Positions 29,833 through 40,098 of a stretch of 64,000 nt of DNA are shown here, one piece after another. The position numbers were made by a program, and so were the translations under genes. Under the pieces are notes generated by a model, which searched no databases, had not been told where the DNA came from, and saw only the letters and a program-made list of their open reading frames with translations. Origin of the DNA: Promethearchaeota archaeon (lineage in GTDB: Archaea > Asgardarchaeota > Lokiarchaeia > Sigyniarchaeales > SOKP01); the NCBI GenBank assembly GCA_019058015.1, contig JAHLWH010000134.1, positions 32,980-96,979 on the forward strand, written 5' to 3'. Each line of letters begins with the position of its first letter. Position 1 is the first letter of the stretch.

Positions 29833-30996
29833 TCATTTAAGATTTTTATAATTTTTAATTATATCAATTAGCTTTTTAGATAATTTTGCAGAATTGAGTT
29901 TTTTTTGAAACAATTCATATCCATTCAATGCAATTTCATTTCTCAATTTTTCATTTTCATATAATGTGATAATAGCATTTGCTAGGCTATCTGGATCGGC
30001 GATTTTACATAAGTAACAATTCTTTTGATGCGTTAATAGTTCATTTATTGCTTTTGTATTTGCGGTAATTATTGGTTTTCTCATTGCTAATGCAGTATAA
30101 ACTTTATTTGGAATAACTCTTCTCGCTTTCAACGTAGAACCAAATATTCCCAATTGAATATCAGACCTTGCAATTGTTTGTGGTATTAGATTAATTGGAA
30201 TTTGAGGAAAAAAACTAATATTTGAAATTCCAAGTTTTTTAACAATTTTTTTCGTTTCAAATATCTCTGGTTTTGTTCCACCGACAATTTCAAATATTAT
30301 GTCTTTAGTATATTGTTCTATTCTTTTAGCTGATTTAATAATATATTCAATCCCATGCAATGGAATGTAATTACCATTAAATCCAATAACAAACTTATCT
30401 TTAAATCCTTCATATTTCTGAGGATAAAACAACACCTCGTTAACTCCTAAAAATATCCTAAAAATTTTTTTTGGATTTAAATGGAAAAATTGACTAAATC
30501 GATATTTTTCCATATCTGATTGTGAAATTATTAAATCTGATAAATGAAAAGCAATCCATTCAATTAAGTAATAAAATTTTGCTAAAAACGATTTCTTTTT
30601 CAATTTTCGATAATCCATTGTAACAGAATCAATTAAAGAAGTGTATGGATTAAAAATAATTGGGATTTTTCTATTAAATATTTTCCATGATAAAATTCTT
30701 AAAAAATATGCTAAGTATAATGATTCGTGACCCGGATAACCGATATAAATACAAACTATATCATAATAATTTGATTTAAAATATTTTTTAATTAAATTAA
30801 TGTTACGATTTATAAAATTCCTAAAAAATGATAAAGTAAACATATGTTTTTGATTAGTTAAAAAATCTCTTACTAGATTAGGGGTCGAAAAATTTACTGT
30901 AATAATCTCTATATCTTTGATTTTTTTCAAACCATTTAGAAAAACTCTATTCACATTTCTATTTTCGTCAAATGCTCCAAAAAAACAAATTTTCAT
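29833..30996 (-). CDS. Glycosyltransferase family 4
   Basis: 'GNYIPLHGIEYII', 'LGIFG...RVIPNKVYTALAMRKPII'. Confidence 0.9.
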   Translation of the reverse strand: MKICFFGAFDENRNVNRVFLNGLKKIKDIEIITVNFSTPNLVRDFLTNQKHMFTLSFFRNFINRNINLIKKYFKSNYYDIVCIYIGYPGHESLYLAYFLRILSWKIFNRKIPIIFNPYTSLIDSVTMDYRKLKKKSFLAKFYYLIEWIAFHLSDLIISQSDMEKYRFSQFFHLNPKKIFRIFLGVNEVLFYPQKYEGFKDKFVIGFNGNYIPLHGIEYIIKSAKRIEQYTKDIIFEIVGGTKPEIFETKKIVKKLGISNISFFPQIPINLIPQTIARSDIQLGIFGSTLKARRVIPNKVYTALAMRKPIITANTKAINELLTHQKNCYLCKIADPDSLANAIITLYENEKLRNEIALNGYELFQKKLNSAKLSKKLIDIIKNYKNLK

Positions 30997-31080
30997 ATTA
31001 CAATTAAAATAGAGTCTTATATTTTCAAAAATATTTACTTAAATAGAATACTCTAATTCATATAATATAATTTTTTTAAG

Positions 31081-32169
31081 TTGATTTATTTGAAAAGAAT
31101 TTTAATCACAGGTTCTGGAGGTCCCGCTGGAGTCAATACACTTAAATCTCTGAATATTACTTCTGAAAAAATGAATCTATATGGTACAGATATCAATATT
31201 TATCATTTAGAATTTTCCCGACCATGGACAAGGAAAGTGTTTTTAGTTCCAAGATGTAATTCACCTGAATTTATACCTAAAATTAATAATATAATTGAAA
31301 AATATAAAATAGAGTTAGTAATTCCCCAACCTGATGTAGAAGTTGCGGTGATATCAGAAAATCGTGAAAAATTAGATACAAATACATTTTTACCTAAAAA
31401 AGAAACCATAAGTATTTGCCAAGATAAATTTAAAAGTGCTGATATCTGGAAAAATAAAGGATTTCCAACAGCGAAAGCTATTGAACTTAGAAAAGATCAT
31501 CTGGAAAAGGATTTAAATAACGCTTTCTCTGTTTTGGGAGATAAACTCTGGATTAGAGCAAAGAAAGGGGCGGGAGGAACTGGAAGTACTCCTGCTGATA
31601 ATATAGAAACTGCTTCAAGTTGGATTCACTATTGGTATTCGAGAGATAAAAATTGGGAATTTATTGCACAAGAATTTCTTCCGGGAAAAAATATTGCCTT
31701 TCAAAGTGTGTTCAATGATGGAGAAATTATAACATCCCAAGCAAGAGAGAGAATAGAATATATATATCCTTATCTTGCGCCGTCAGGAATAACAGGCACT
31801 CCTGTTGTAGCAAAGACTATCCATGATGATAAAATAAATGAAATGGCTACAAAAGCAGTACTGAGTATTGATACGAATGCAAATGGCGTATTTTCAGTAG
31901 ATTTAAAAGAAGATAAAGAAGGAAATATCGTTCCAACTGAAATAAATGCTGGTCGATTTTTTACCACAAGTTTTTATTTTTCTTATGCTGGTAAAGAATA
32001 CAATGTTCCAAAAGCTAATATGCCATATATACTTGTCAAGCTTGCTTTTGATGAAATAATTCCTGAAGGCAAGAATTATAATATTCTACCAGCGAATCTA
32101 TACTGGATTAGACATATTGATTGTTCTCACCATTTAATTCCAGAAGATAAATTACAGAAAATAACCTAA
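31081..32169 (+). CDS. ATP-grasp ligase (carbamoyl-phosphate synthase-like)
   Basis: 'ILITGSGGPAG', 'CQDK', 'IAQEFLPG', 'TEINAGRF'. Confidence 0.85.
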   Translation: MIYLKRILITGSGGPAGVNTLKSLNITSEKMNLYGTDINIYHLEFSRPWTRKVFLVPRCNSPEFIPKINNIIEKYKIELVIPQPDVEVAVISENREKLDTNTFLPKKETISICQDKFKSADIWKNKGFPTAKAIELRKDHLEKDLNNAFSVLGDKLWIRAKKGAGGTGSTPADNIETASSWIHYWYSRDKNWEFIAQEFLPGKNIAFQSVFNDGEIITSQARERIEYIYPYLAPSGITGTPVVAKTIHDDKINEMATKAVLSIDTNANGVFSVDLKEDKEGNIVPTEINAGRFFTTSFYFSYAGKEYNVPKANMPYILVKLAFDEIIPEGKNYNILPANLYWIRHIDCSHHLIPEDKLQKIT

Positions 32170-32230
32170 AAATTTGACTTTCTAAAAAAATAATAACTTT
32201 TTTAGTCTATTTCTTAATTAATAATTTATA

Positions 32231-34708
32231 ATGGAGAAAAATAAACGAATTCTTATTTTAATTCTTACTTTATTGCTGTCTGGTCTATCTGTATACTTAT
32301 TTGGATTTGTATTTTTCACTCTTGACTGGATAATAATAATATTAGATATTGCATTTTGGATTACACTTCTTTTATATTTTTTTTTAGTCAATGAAATATA
32401 TCATTGGGTAAAAGAAGGAAAAAGAAGTGAATTAGCTGATATTGTTTTTATTGCTTTTTTATTCTTTTTTATATTTTTTCTATTTAAGGATTTAATGACT
32501 TCATTTATGGGCGCCTTCTTTATTTATCTTTTATTAGGAAGATCCGAAGTAAAAGAATATGAAGTATTAAGCAAATTACTTGATATTTCATTGATTACTT
32601 ATGCAGTAATCTTTTTCTCAGGGATAATTTCAAGAATTGTAAATAATGATATTATTATTAATACTGCTTTCTCTTTTTCTATTTGGTTAATTTTAGGCTT
32701 AGGTTTTGCATACTTTGGAAGAAAATATATAATTGTATTTAGATTTATGAGTCCTGAATATCTCACATTACTCCTGTATGTTCTCGCATGGTTAATCGTT
32801 ATCTTTATCAATCAATATACACCTTTAAATTTCATTGATTATATCTACTATGTTTTACTTATTACAAATTGGGTCATCTATTTCATTTCAGGTCCAATTT
32901 TAGATAAAATGTTGGGTATAAAAAGAGTCCAAGATGAGAAACTTCTCAAATTAGTCAACAAATTAAAGGAAAAAGTGGGGATACGTGGAAAAGTTAAGGT
33001 AGGATTTGGTAAATATCCAATACTCAATGCGATGGCTTATGGTTCTTTTTTAGATAAAAGAGTGGCAATCATTGCTGAAGATATTTCTGAAATAGCAGAG
33101 GATGAAATAGATGGAATAATTGCACATGAACTTGCACATACAAAAGAATACCATACTTTATTTTTAACGCTTTTAACTTCTATCGATTTAATCTTCAGAA
33201 TGATATTTAATATTCCAGCCACATATTACGACTATGTCTTTGGAAATCCCTCTATTCCACTAGTAGCTTTTATATTTTTAAATTTGGGAATTTTTATTAT
33301 ATTATTTATATTTGTAAGATTTTTAGAAAGTCGAGCTGACTTAAAAACCAAGAAAATAGGCCTTGGTCTTAATCTTGCCAAAGCTCTCTATAATCTAGAA
33401 AGCTTCTACGCACACGGACGCGAAGTGGGACTTAACACTATATTACTCGCGGAAGAGAAGCAAAATCCAAATAATATATTATTAGATTATATGAGTACTG
33501 CGGAATATATTAATAATTCAATGATACAACCCTCAAGATTATCTTTACTCAGCAATTTTATTAACTCTCATCCGCCAACTTATTTTAGAATTGCAGCAAT
33601 TCTAGGTGATAATTTAAAACCCTTAAAAGAAGCGTTTTTAACTTTTTTTTTAATGAAAAAATCTAAACAGAGAAAATATGCAGAGAAATTTTCTCAAGCG
33701 AGAGAATTATTTACAAAAGTAGCAACTACTAAATTTAAAGAAAAATTTGAGATTTCTAATATTCCAGAAATGATGGAACACCTAAATAAAAAAGAAATAT
33801 ATCAAAAATATTTCAATAAAACATATTTATTTAAGAATAAAGTCACTAAAGCTATAATTTTGGGCAAATTAATTGATATCTCATTCACCAATGAAATTAC
33901 TAATCCTGTTGAATTCATTATTGAAAATTTAGAGGGAAATATAAAAGAAAAAATTAACCCTTCTTTCTATAGTTCAATAGAATTCCAAATAGATGGAAAA
34001 TATTTTTTTGAAAAAGAAAATCCAATTATTCTTACTAAAGTTGATTTATTAGAAGACCATACTAAGGGAAATTTTGTATTTAAGTCAAAATCCAATGATA
34101 CAATTCATAAGAATATAAATAAAACCAAACTCCCAAAATCTATAAAAATAATTGAAAATCTTAAAGGAAAAGAAGTCTTCTTTACCACGAAAGGCACGAT
34201 ATCAATAAGGGAATGTACTGATATAACACCCTCTGAGATATATGGTGATTATAAGATCGCACTTCTAGAATATGCTGATTCTGACGATAATTCAAAGCCA
34301 ATAGTATATGATTTAAAAGATTTAATTGTTAAAACATCTGAAAATGGTATCGGAATAATTTTTTATCGTGATTTAAATACTAAACCATATGAATTAAAAA
34401 TTCTAGAATGGCTAAAAGATAAACAGATTAGGACTTCAATCTTTCTAAAAAAACCGGTCAATAATGAGGAAATCGGTTATCTCCAAAAAAATATAGTCAA
34501 TTTCAGAAATCAAGATGAAATTGAAAAAAGCAAGGTTATAATTAAAAATATATTTGGGGAAGAAATTGAAATTCCTTATAAAAAAATTGAGCTAGTTCTT
34601 TTTAATTATGATTCAGTTGTCATTCTGCAGAAAAATAAAACGAGTATTTTTAGTAAATTAGGCTATAAAATACTAAAAAAATTCGCACCACAAAAAATAT
34701 TTATCTAA
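32231..34708 (+). CDS. Multi-TM M48 family (HtpX/Ste24-like) zinc metalloprotease with large C-terminal soluble region
   Basis: 'LNAMAYG', 'IIAHELAH', 'ESRAD', 'NSHPPTYFRI'; about 7 N-terminal TM segments. Confidence 0.88.
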   Translation: MEKNKRILILILTLLLSGLSVYLFGFVFFTLDWIIIILDIAFWITLLLYFFLVNEIYHWVKEGKRSELADIVFIAFLFFFIFFLFKDLMTSFMGAFFIYLLLGRSEVKEYEVLSKLLDISLITYAVIFFSGIISRIVNNDIIINTAFSFSIWLILGLGFAYFGRKYIIVFRFMSPEYLTLLLYVLAWLIVIFINQYTPLNFIDYIYYVLLITNWVIYFISGPILDKMLGIKRVQDEKLLKLVNKLKEKVGIRGKVKVGFGKYPILNAMAYGSFLDKRVAIIAEDISEIAEDEIDGIIAHELAHTKEYHTLFLTLLTSIDLIFRMIFNIPATYYDYVFGNPSIPLVAFIFLNLGIFIILFIFVRFLESRADLKTKKIGLGLNLAKALYNLESFYAHGREVGLNTILLAEEKQNPNNILLDYMSTAEYINNSMIQPSRLSLLSNFINSHPPTYFRIAAILGDNLKPLKEAFLTFFLMKKSKQRKYAEKFSQARELFTKVATTKFKEKFEISNIPEMMEHLNKKEIYQKYFNKTYLFKNKVTKAIILGKLIDISFTNEITNPVEFIIENLEGNIKEKINPSFYSSIEFQIDGKYFFEKENPIILTKVDLLEDHTKGNFVFKSKSNDTIHKNINKTKLPKSIKIIENLKGKEVFFTTKGTISIRECTDITPSEIYGDYKIALLEYADSDDNSKPIVYDLKDLIVKTSENGIGIIFYRDLNTKPYELKILEWLKDKQIRTSIFLKKPVNNEEIGYLQKNIVNFRNQDEIEKSKVIIKNIFGEEIEIPYKKIELVLFNYDSVVILQKNKTSIFSKLGYKILKKFAPQKIFI

Positions 34709-34812
34709 TTCTTGCATCTAATTTTATTTTAATATATCTCTTAAAATTAAAAAAAAACAGAAAAGCAAAAAAATAATTAGTAATTATAACACTAATAGTC
34801 TCCTCAAAAAAA

Positions 34813-35760
34813 TTGATTAGGATGGCAGGAAAATTAATTTCTATTTTAAGGTTATTGCGTGTAAAGCAATATTATAAAAATCTTTTAATATTCATAGCAG
34901 CATTTTTTGGAGAAATGATTTTGGATGCTTCTTTATGGTTTATTTTAGTATTGGGTTTTATTCTGGCATGTTGCACGTCATCAATAAATTATATTGTGAA
35001 TGACATTATCGATGTTGAAAAAGATAAATTGCATCCAGAAAAATCCAAAAAACGCCCCCTTGCATCGGGTTGTTTATCAAAAGGTTTTGCATTCTTTCTA
35101 TTGTTCATTTTAATATTTTCCGTTATTATATGCCTTATTTTTATAATTCCCAATTTATTTTTTGGATTAACGTTATTGTCAATTTTAATTGTAGGACAAT
35201 TGTATAATTTTATTCTCAATAAATATGCTTTCGTTGATATTATCTCCCTATCTATTCTTTACATTATTCGAGCGATTGCAGGATGTTTTTTAATTGAAGT
35301 TTTCATATCCCCGTGGTTATTTCTAGCGATTTTTCTAGTAGCATTATTTTTAGTTATTTGCAAAAGAAATGCTGATTTAGTATTAATGGGAGAGGAAGAT
35401 GCATCTAAACACAAAAATGTATACGATCAATACTCAATAAAGTTATTAGAACAGTTTCATATTTTGGTAGCTAGTTCATTATTTATGACCTACTCATTAT
35501 ATATAATTTTAGGGCCATTTAATATACTTAGTGTAGAAAATATTAAATTACATCAATATTTTTCGGTTTTTACTATTCCAGTTGCATTATATTTAATATT
35601 GAAATATATGTATTTATTAAGAGCAAATCCAAAAATCGCTAGAAATCCTTCAAGAGCTTTTTTTGATAAAGGAATAATAATTTCAGGAGTTTTTATTCTT
35701 ATTTTTATGTTTATTGCTTTTTATTGGGATACTGTATTAGAAATTTTTGGACTAAATTAA
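34813..35760 (+). CDS. UbiA-family polyprenyl-phosphate phosphoribosyltransferase (DPPR synthase-like)
   Basis: 'LRVKQYYKNLLIF', 'NYIVNDIIDVEKDKLHPEKSKKRPLASG', 'IRAIAG', 'KR' motifs. Confidence 0.85.
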   Translation: MIRMAGKLISILRLLRVKQYYKNLLIFIAAFFGEMILDASLWFILVLGFILACCTSSINYIVNDIIDVEKDKLHPEKSKKRPLASGCLSKGFAFFLLFILIFSVIICLIFIIPNLFFGLTLLSILIVGQLYNFILNKYAFVDIISLSILYIIRAIAGCFLIEVFISPWLFLAIFLVALFLVICKRNADLVLMGEEDASKHKNVYDQYSIKLLEQFHILVASSLFMTYSLYIILGPFNILSVENIKLHQYFSVFTIPVALYLILKYMYLLRANPKIARNPSRAFFDKGIIISGVFILIFMFIAFYWDTVLEIFGLN

Positions 35761-36498
35761 ATGATGTATATGCCCCACCCACCAATTATTTTATTTGATT
35801 TTGATGGTGTAGTTATAACACACACAAGCTTAGAACTTGCTGCCTTAAAACAACTTAAAAATAATTGGTATAAATGGCAAAATATTGAAAAGATGAGACT
35901 TATTGATTTTGCCAGAATTTTAGAACAATCTGATTCTGAAAACAAATTTAAGGCTTATAAAAACTTATTTAAGAATTACAGAAAAATTATTCCAAACCCT
36001 TTAAAAATTATTATCTTCTTTATTCGTTTTAGACTTGTATATCCCAAATTGGAGAAAATCTATGAAACTCTCAAACCAAATCTAGAAAATGTTTTAAAAA
36101 TCTTAAAAGAAAATAATATTCCCACGGGAATCGTCTCAAATACACAAAAGAAACGATTAGCTTTTTTTACTGAAAAGTTTAATCTAAGCCAATATTTCGC
36201 TGTGATAATGTCACGGAGTGATGCTCCCTCCCGGAAGCCAAACCCTTTACCTATTTTACTTGCTTTGAAAACAATTAAAAATACATATGGATTTTCCAAA
36301 ATTGAAAAAAGTAGAGTTTATTTTATTGGTGATTTACCCACAGATATTAAATGTGCTAAAAATGCGGGGATAAATAGTATTGCCATTCTATCGGGACATG
36401 GATTAAAAAAAGATTTAGAAAGAGAAAATCCTTCAATCATCTTGGAGAATAGCCAACAATTGTTAGAAATTGAAATGATTAAAAAATATTTAAAATAA
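35761..36498 (+). CDS. HAD-IA family hydrolase/phosphatase
   Basis: 'LFDFDGV', 'IVSN', 'KPNP', 'FIGDLPTDI'. Confidence 0.93.
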   Translation: MMYMPHPPIILFDFDGVVITHTSLELAALKQLKNNWYKWQNIEKMRLIDFARILEQSDSENKFKAYKNLFKNYRKIIPNPLKIIIFFIRFRLVYPKLEKIYETLKPNLENVLKILKENNIPTGIVSNTQKKRLAFFTEKFNLSQYFAVIMSRSDAPSRKPNPLPILLALKTIKNTYGFSKIEKSRVYFIGDLPTDIKCAKNAGINSIAILSGHGLKKDLERENPSIILENSQQLLEIEMIKKYLK

Positions 36499-36504
36499 TT
36501 AAAA

Positions 36505-37467
36505 TTATCTCTCGATTTTTCCTGGAAGGTAAAAATCATATTTCTTTCGAAATAGTTTTGTTTTTATGAAACGATCGAATTTTCGAACCCTTTGAAAAAT
36601 TTCCCAAATCATTTTATCGTTATTATAATATGATTGAACCTCTTTTAATGTAATAGATTCTATGTTGAACTCTCCAGCTTCTTGTATAAAAAAATCATTA
36701 ATTATTTTTATTAATCCCGGAATTAGTTCACGTTTCTGTTCCTTAAAGAAGTTAGCAATTAAATCAATAGCAACTAAGCGCCAATCATGGTAACGATCCA
36801 TTACTTCTTGAATAAATAAGGCTTTAAGAAGCCATCTCAAAAAAGATGGGGCACTTTTTAAAAATAGTTCAGGTTCCATAGCTTCGATTCCATTAATTCT
36901 ATACATTGGTGTACTTGTATCTAAATAAATTAATTTTATATCTTCAGGAACTTTTGGATTATTCGGGTTGTATCCCTCTAGAGAAAAATTTGAGATTTGT
37001 CCATCTATTCCGACTTTTATATTCTCATTTTTCTTATTGAAGTCCCAAACTTTTTTTAATTCTCTCATGATAAATAAGACTAACTTGCTCACATCATGAT
37101 TACTAAGTTCGTGAATAATTTTATTTCCGATCGTTTCAGGCGGAACTTTTTCTTGAGCACAATACAATACAACATTACCTTTTGGATCTTTTACCCACAC
37201 AGCATCACAATCTGGAATATTTAATCTTATGTCCTCCTTTAAGATTCTATTATATTCTTTGTAAGCTTTTATATGCTTTTTTACTTGTTTCTCAGTATCA
37301 AAGATAGGAAGCCTTTTATAAGCTATTTTTTCAGGATCATCTACGAGTTCAAATACTAAACTTATTTCACCAAAACCAAGAATTTTTATTGGGATTTTAC
37401 CACGCTCTGGATGTATAGTATCAATTACATTCTCTAGTTCATTTATAATGTCTGTATTTATTTTCAT
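36505..37467 (-). CDS. DUF6206-like protein with protein-kinase-like motifs
   Basis: 'LGFGEISLVF', 'IAYKRLP', 'IDGQISNF', 'YLDTSTP'. Confidence 0.65.
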   Translation of the reverse strand: MKINTDIINELENVIDTIHPERGKIPIKILGFGEISLVFELVDDPEKIAYKRLPIFDTEKQVKKHIKAYKEYNRILKEDIRLNIPDCDAVWVKDPKGNVVLYCAQEKVPPETIGNKIIHELSNHDVSKLVLFIMRELKKVWDFNKKNENIKVGIDGQISNFSLEGYNPNNPKVPEDIKLIYLDTSTPMYRINGIEAMEPELFLKSAPSFLRWLLKALFIQEVMDRYHDWRLVAIDLIANFFKEQKRELIPGLIKIINDFFIQEAGEFNIESITLKEVQSYYNNDKMIWEIFQRVRKFDRFIKTKLFRKKYDFYLPGKIER

Positions 37468-38790
37468 TTACATTTGCACCTCTTGTTTTTTTTTAGGATA
37501 TTCACTTAACGCAATATCTAAACGTTTTAAAATTTCATCAATATCCTCAGATTCAATAATTAAAGGGGGCATTAATTTATTTGTTGATTTATTATTCCCA
37601 CAGTAGTCAGCAAAAATTCCATTTTTAATCATATAAACTGTAAAAATTTGGCCGTAAACTTCATTAATGAACTCAATCCCCCACATAAGCCCTCTACCCC
37701 TTATATCTACAATGATATTTGAATATTTTTTTTTAAGCTCTTTCAAACCATCTCCAAATTCCCTTCCCATCGTTCTAACATGTTCTAAAAATTTAGGTTG
37801 AGAAATTATATCGAGCATCCTCCTGCAAAAATAACAACCAAGCTCAGAACCCCCAGTAGAGCTTATATGTAGGAAAGGATCATCTTTAAATACTTCTTCA
37901 ATAAAAGGTTTATAACTACAAGTGGCTATGGGATAATAACCAGCGCTCATTCCTTTAGCAAGTACAATTATATCTGGAACAACTTTTTCATGTTTATATA
38001 ATCCCCCAAAAATTGCCCAGAATTCTCCTGTTCGACCTAAACCTGTTTGAACTTCATCAGAAATCATTATGACTCCATTATCATCACATAACTCTCTTAC
38101 TGTAGCAAAATATCCCTCCGGAGGTATTAAAATCCCACCAGTTGCAGGAATTGTTTCAAATATAACGCAAGCAGTTTCCCCATCAATCACCTTAGATATT
38201 GCATCAATATCCCCAAAAGGAACTTGTACAAAATCGGATGGCCCCCATAGAAAAATGTCTTTAAAATTTGAAGCACAAGCCCCTAAAGCAAACCCTGTTA
38301 CCCCATGATAAGCTCTATTTGCAGAAATAATTTTTATCCTTTGTGTTATTGCTCTGGCTAATTTTAAGGCTAAATCTATTGCTTCCCCACCTCCAACACA
38401 GTACTGAGTTTTAGAAATATCTCCAGGAAGAAGTTCCGCCAATTTTTTTGCGAGTAAAGATCTTTGCTCACTTATTAAATGATGATCTCCTATATCTAGA
38501 CCTGCATCAATACCATCTTTTAATGCCTTTATTATTTCCGGATGTCTATGCCCTAAGTTAAAAACTCCTCCAGTCGTTCTGCAATCGATTAAATCTAGTG
38601 GAGGTTGTCCTTTCCTTGTTCCTTCTAACATCTTCACATGAAAGCGATCTCGCTCACCTTGAACGATTCCAAAACCCAATTTTTTAAAAAAAGATGCTTT
38701 ATATTTGTTTACATAAGTGGAATACATTTTTACTATATTTTTTTGAGTTTCTGAGCCAATAATCTTTCTTTTTTGAGACATTAAATTCAC
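37468..38790 (-). CDS. Class III PLP-dependent aminotransferase
   Basis: 'NLGHRHP', 'GGEAID', 'AYHG', 'DEVQTGLGRTG', 'LAKGMSAG'. Confidence 0.93.
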   Translation of the reverse strand: MNLMSQKRKIIGSETQKNIVKMYSTYVNKYKASFFKKLGFGIVQGERDRFHVKMLEGTRKGQPPLDLIDCRTTGGVFNLGHRHPEIIKALKDGIDAGLDIGDHHLISEQRSLLAKKLAELLPGDISKTQYCVGGGEAIDLALKLARAITQRIKIISANRAYHGVTGFALGACASNFKDIFLWGPSDFVQVPFGDIDAISKVIDGETACVIFETIPATGGILIPPEGYFATVRELCDDNGVIMISDEVQTGLGRTGEFWAIFGGLYKHEKVVPDIIVLAKGMSAGYYPIATCSYKPFIEEVFKDDPFLHISSTGGSELGCYFCRRMLDIISQPKFLEHVRTMGREFGDGLKELKKKYSNIIVDIRGRGLMWGIEFINEVYGQIFTVYMIKNGIFADYCGNNKSTNKLMPPLIIESEDIDEILKRLDIALSEYPKKKQEVQM

Positions 38791-38878
38791 ACTCTTCTTG
38801 AATTTAGATAATTCTATTTTTATTTTCTTAATATATTAAATTTTTTTATTAGATTCTTGAATTTAATAATATTTAGTT

Positions 38879-40036
38879 TTATTGGTATGATTGGAATAAT
38901 TTTCCCCAATCTGACTTTAAAAATTTATTAATTCTTTTCCTCCCTGTCCAATTATACCAAAATAAGTCGTGAAAAAGTTTAGAAGCCATTATCGGTCCCA
39001 TAAAAAATAATTCATTGTGAAGAAGGGGCTCCAAGAATCTTAAGAAACCCTTTCGGGTCATTTGATCACCCCATATGACCAAGCTTCTTTTTACACGAAA
39101 ATTCCAGTTAATTTTAGAAACATCTCCTCCTACAATATCAATCTGATCGAAATCACCACAACCTAACCCTTCATCATGAGCCATTTTTATTGCTGGTAGG
39201 GAAAGTGGTTCAAATCCCAACATATGAGATACTACGGCATCGATTGCCACTTGATCATATCCTGCAAGTAGATAATTTTTTATTCTAGGTATCATTGTTC
39301 TCGGTCCAGCTCCATCTCCGCATACTGTTCCATCTACAACAGCAAGTATGTTGGGATGAATTTGTTTTTGAATTATTAGTAAATCTACAAGAACTTCAGA
39401 CATATATTGATGACTAAAATGTCTTCTCTTTGTAAGTAATCCCCCGAATGCATTTTTCATAGCACATGTTATTCCTCCATGCTTTGAAGTACCCATAGTG
39501 TGCTTTAAAGATCCTCCTCTTTGTCCGGTGTGTCCGTGAGTTTTCATTGTAGGTAAGTGAATAATACTTTTTCCGAAATAGAAAAGAGGGATTTTAAATC
39601 CTTTTGGGAAAATTTTTGAATCCAAAACAAATAATTTTTTATTTTTTAAATTAATAAATTTAGGTCTTAGAGACTCATAGGAAACAAATTTTACTCTCGT
39701 TAAAGGAACAAACCATGTATTATATCTCTCTATTATTTTTTCCCATTTATTACCTTTAAGACCAAGCTCTATATTTGTTACAACTGTTCTATTTTCACAA
39801 GGAAAAAGCTTCCTTGGATTGAAACCATCATCAATCATAGTTTTTAATACGCCCTCTACTTGCCATGGTGGAGAACTGCAAGCTGGAAAGAATTTACTCC
39901 ATGATAGATTTAATTTAATAATTGTTTTTTTTTCTTTTTTGTAATAATCTTGATATTTCGCCATGTGCATTAATTTTTTATAATCCTTTAATACTGTTTT
40001 CGGCGAAGTTTTTACTACGTATATCTTTTCATTCAT
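38879..40036 (-). CDS. DUF362 family protein
   Basis: 'IKLNLSW', 'HLPTMKTH', 'CAMKNAFGGLL', 'DGTVCGDGAGP', 'DQVAID'. Confidence 0.88.
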   Translation of the reverse strand: MNEKIYVVKTSPKTVLKDYKKLMHMAKYQDYYKKEKKTIIKLNLSWSKFFPACSSPPWQVEGVLKTMIDDGFNPRKLFPCENRTVVTNIELGLKGNKWEKIIERYNTWFVPLTRVKFVSYESLRPKFINLKNKKLFVLDSKIFPKGFKIPLFYFGKSIIHLPTMKTHGHTGQRGGSLKHTMGTSKHGGITCAMKNAFGGLLTKRRHFSHQYMSEVLVDLLIIQKQIHPNILAVVDGTVCGDGAGPRTMIPRIKNYLLAGYDQVAIDAVVSHMLGFEPLSLPAIKMAHDEGLGCGDFDQIDIVGGDVSKINWNFRVKRSLVIWGDQMTRKGFLRFLEPLLHNELFFMGPIMASKLFHDLFWYNWTGRKRINKFLKSDWGKLFQSYQ

Positions 40037-40098
40037 AATAAATTCAAAAATTCTTTTTAATTAAAAAATATCTTTTATCGTACATTATAATTTTTTTT

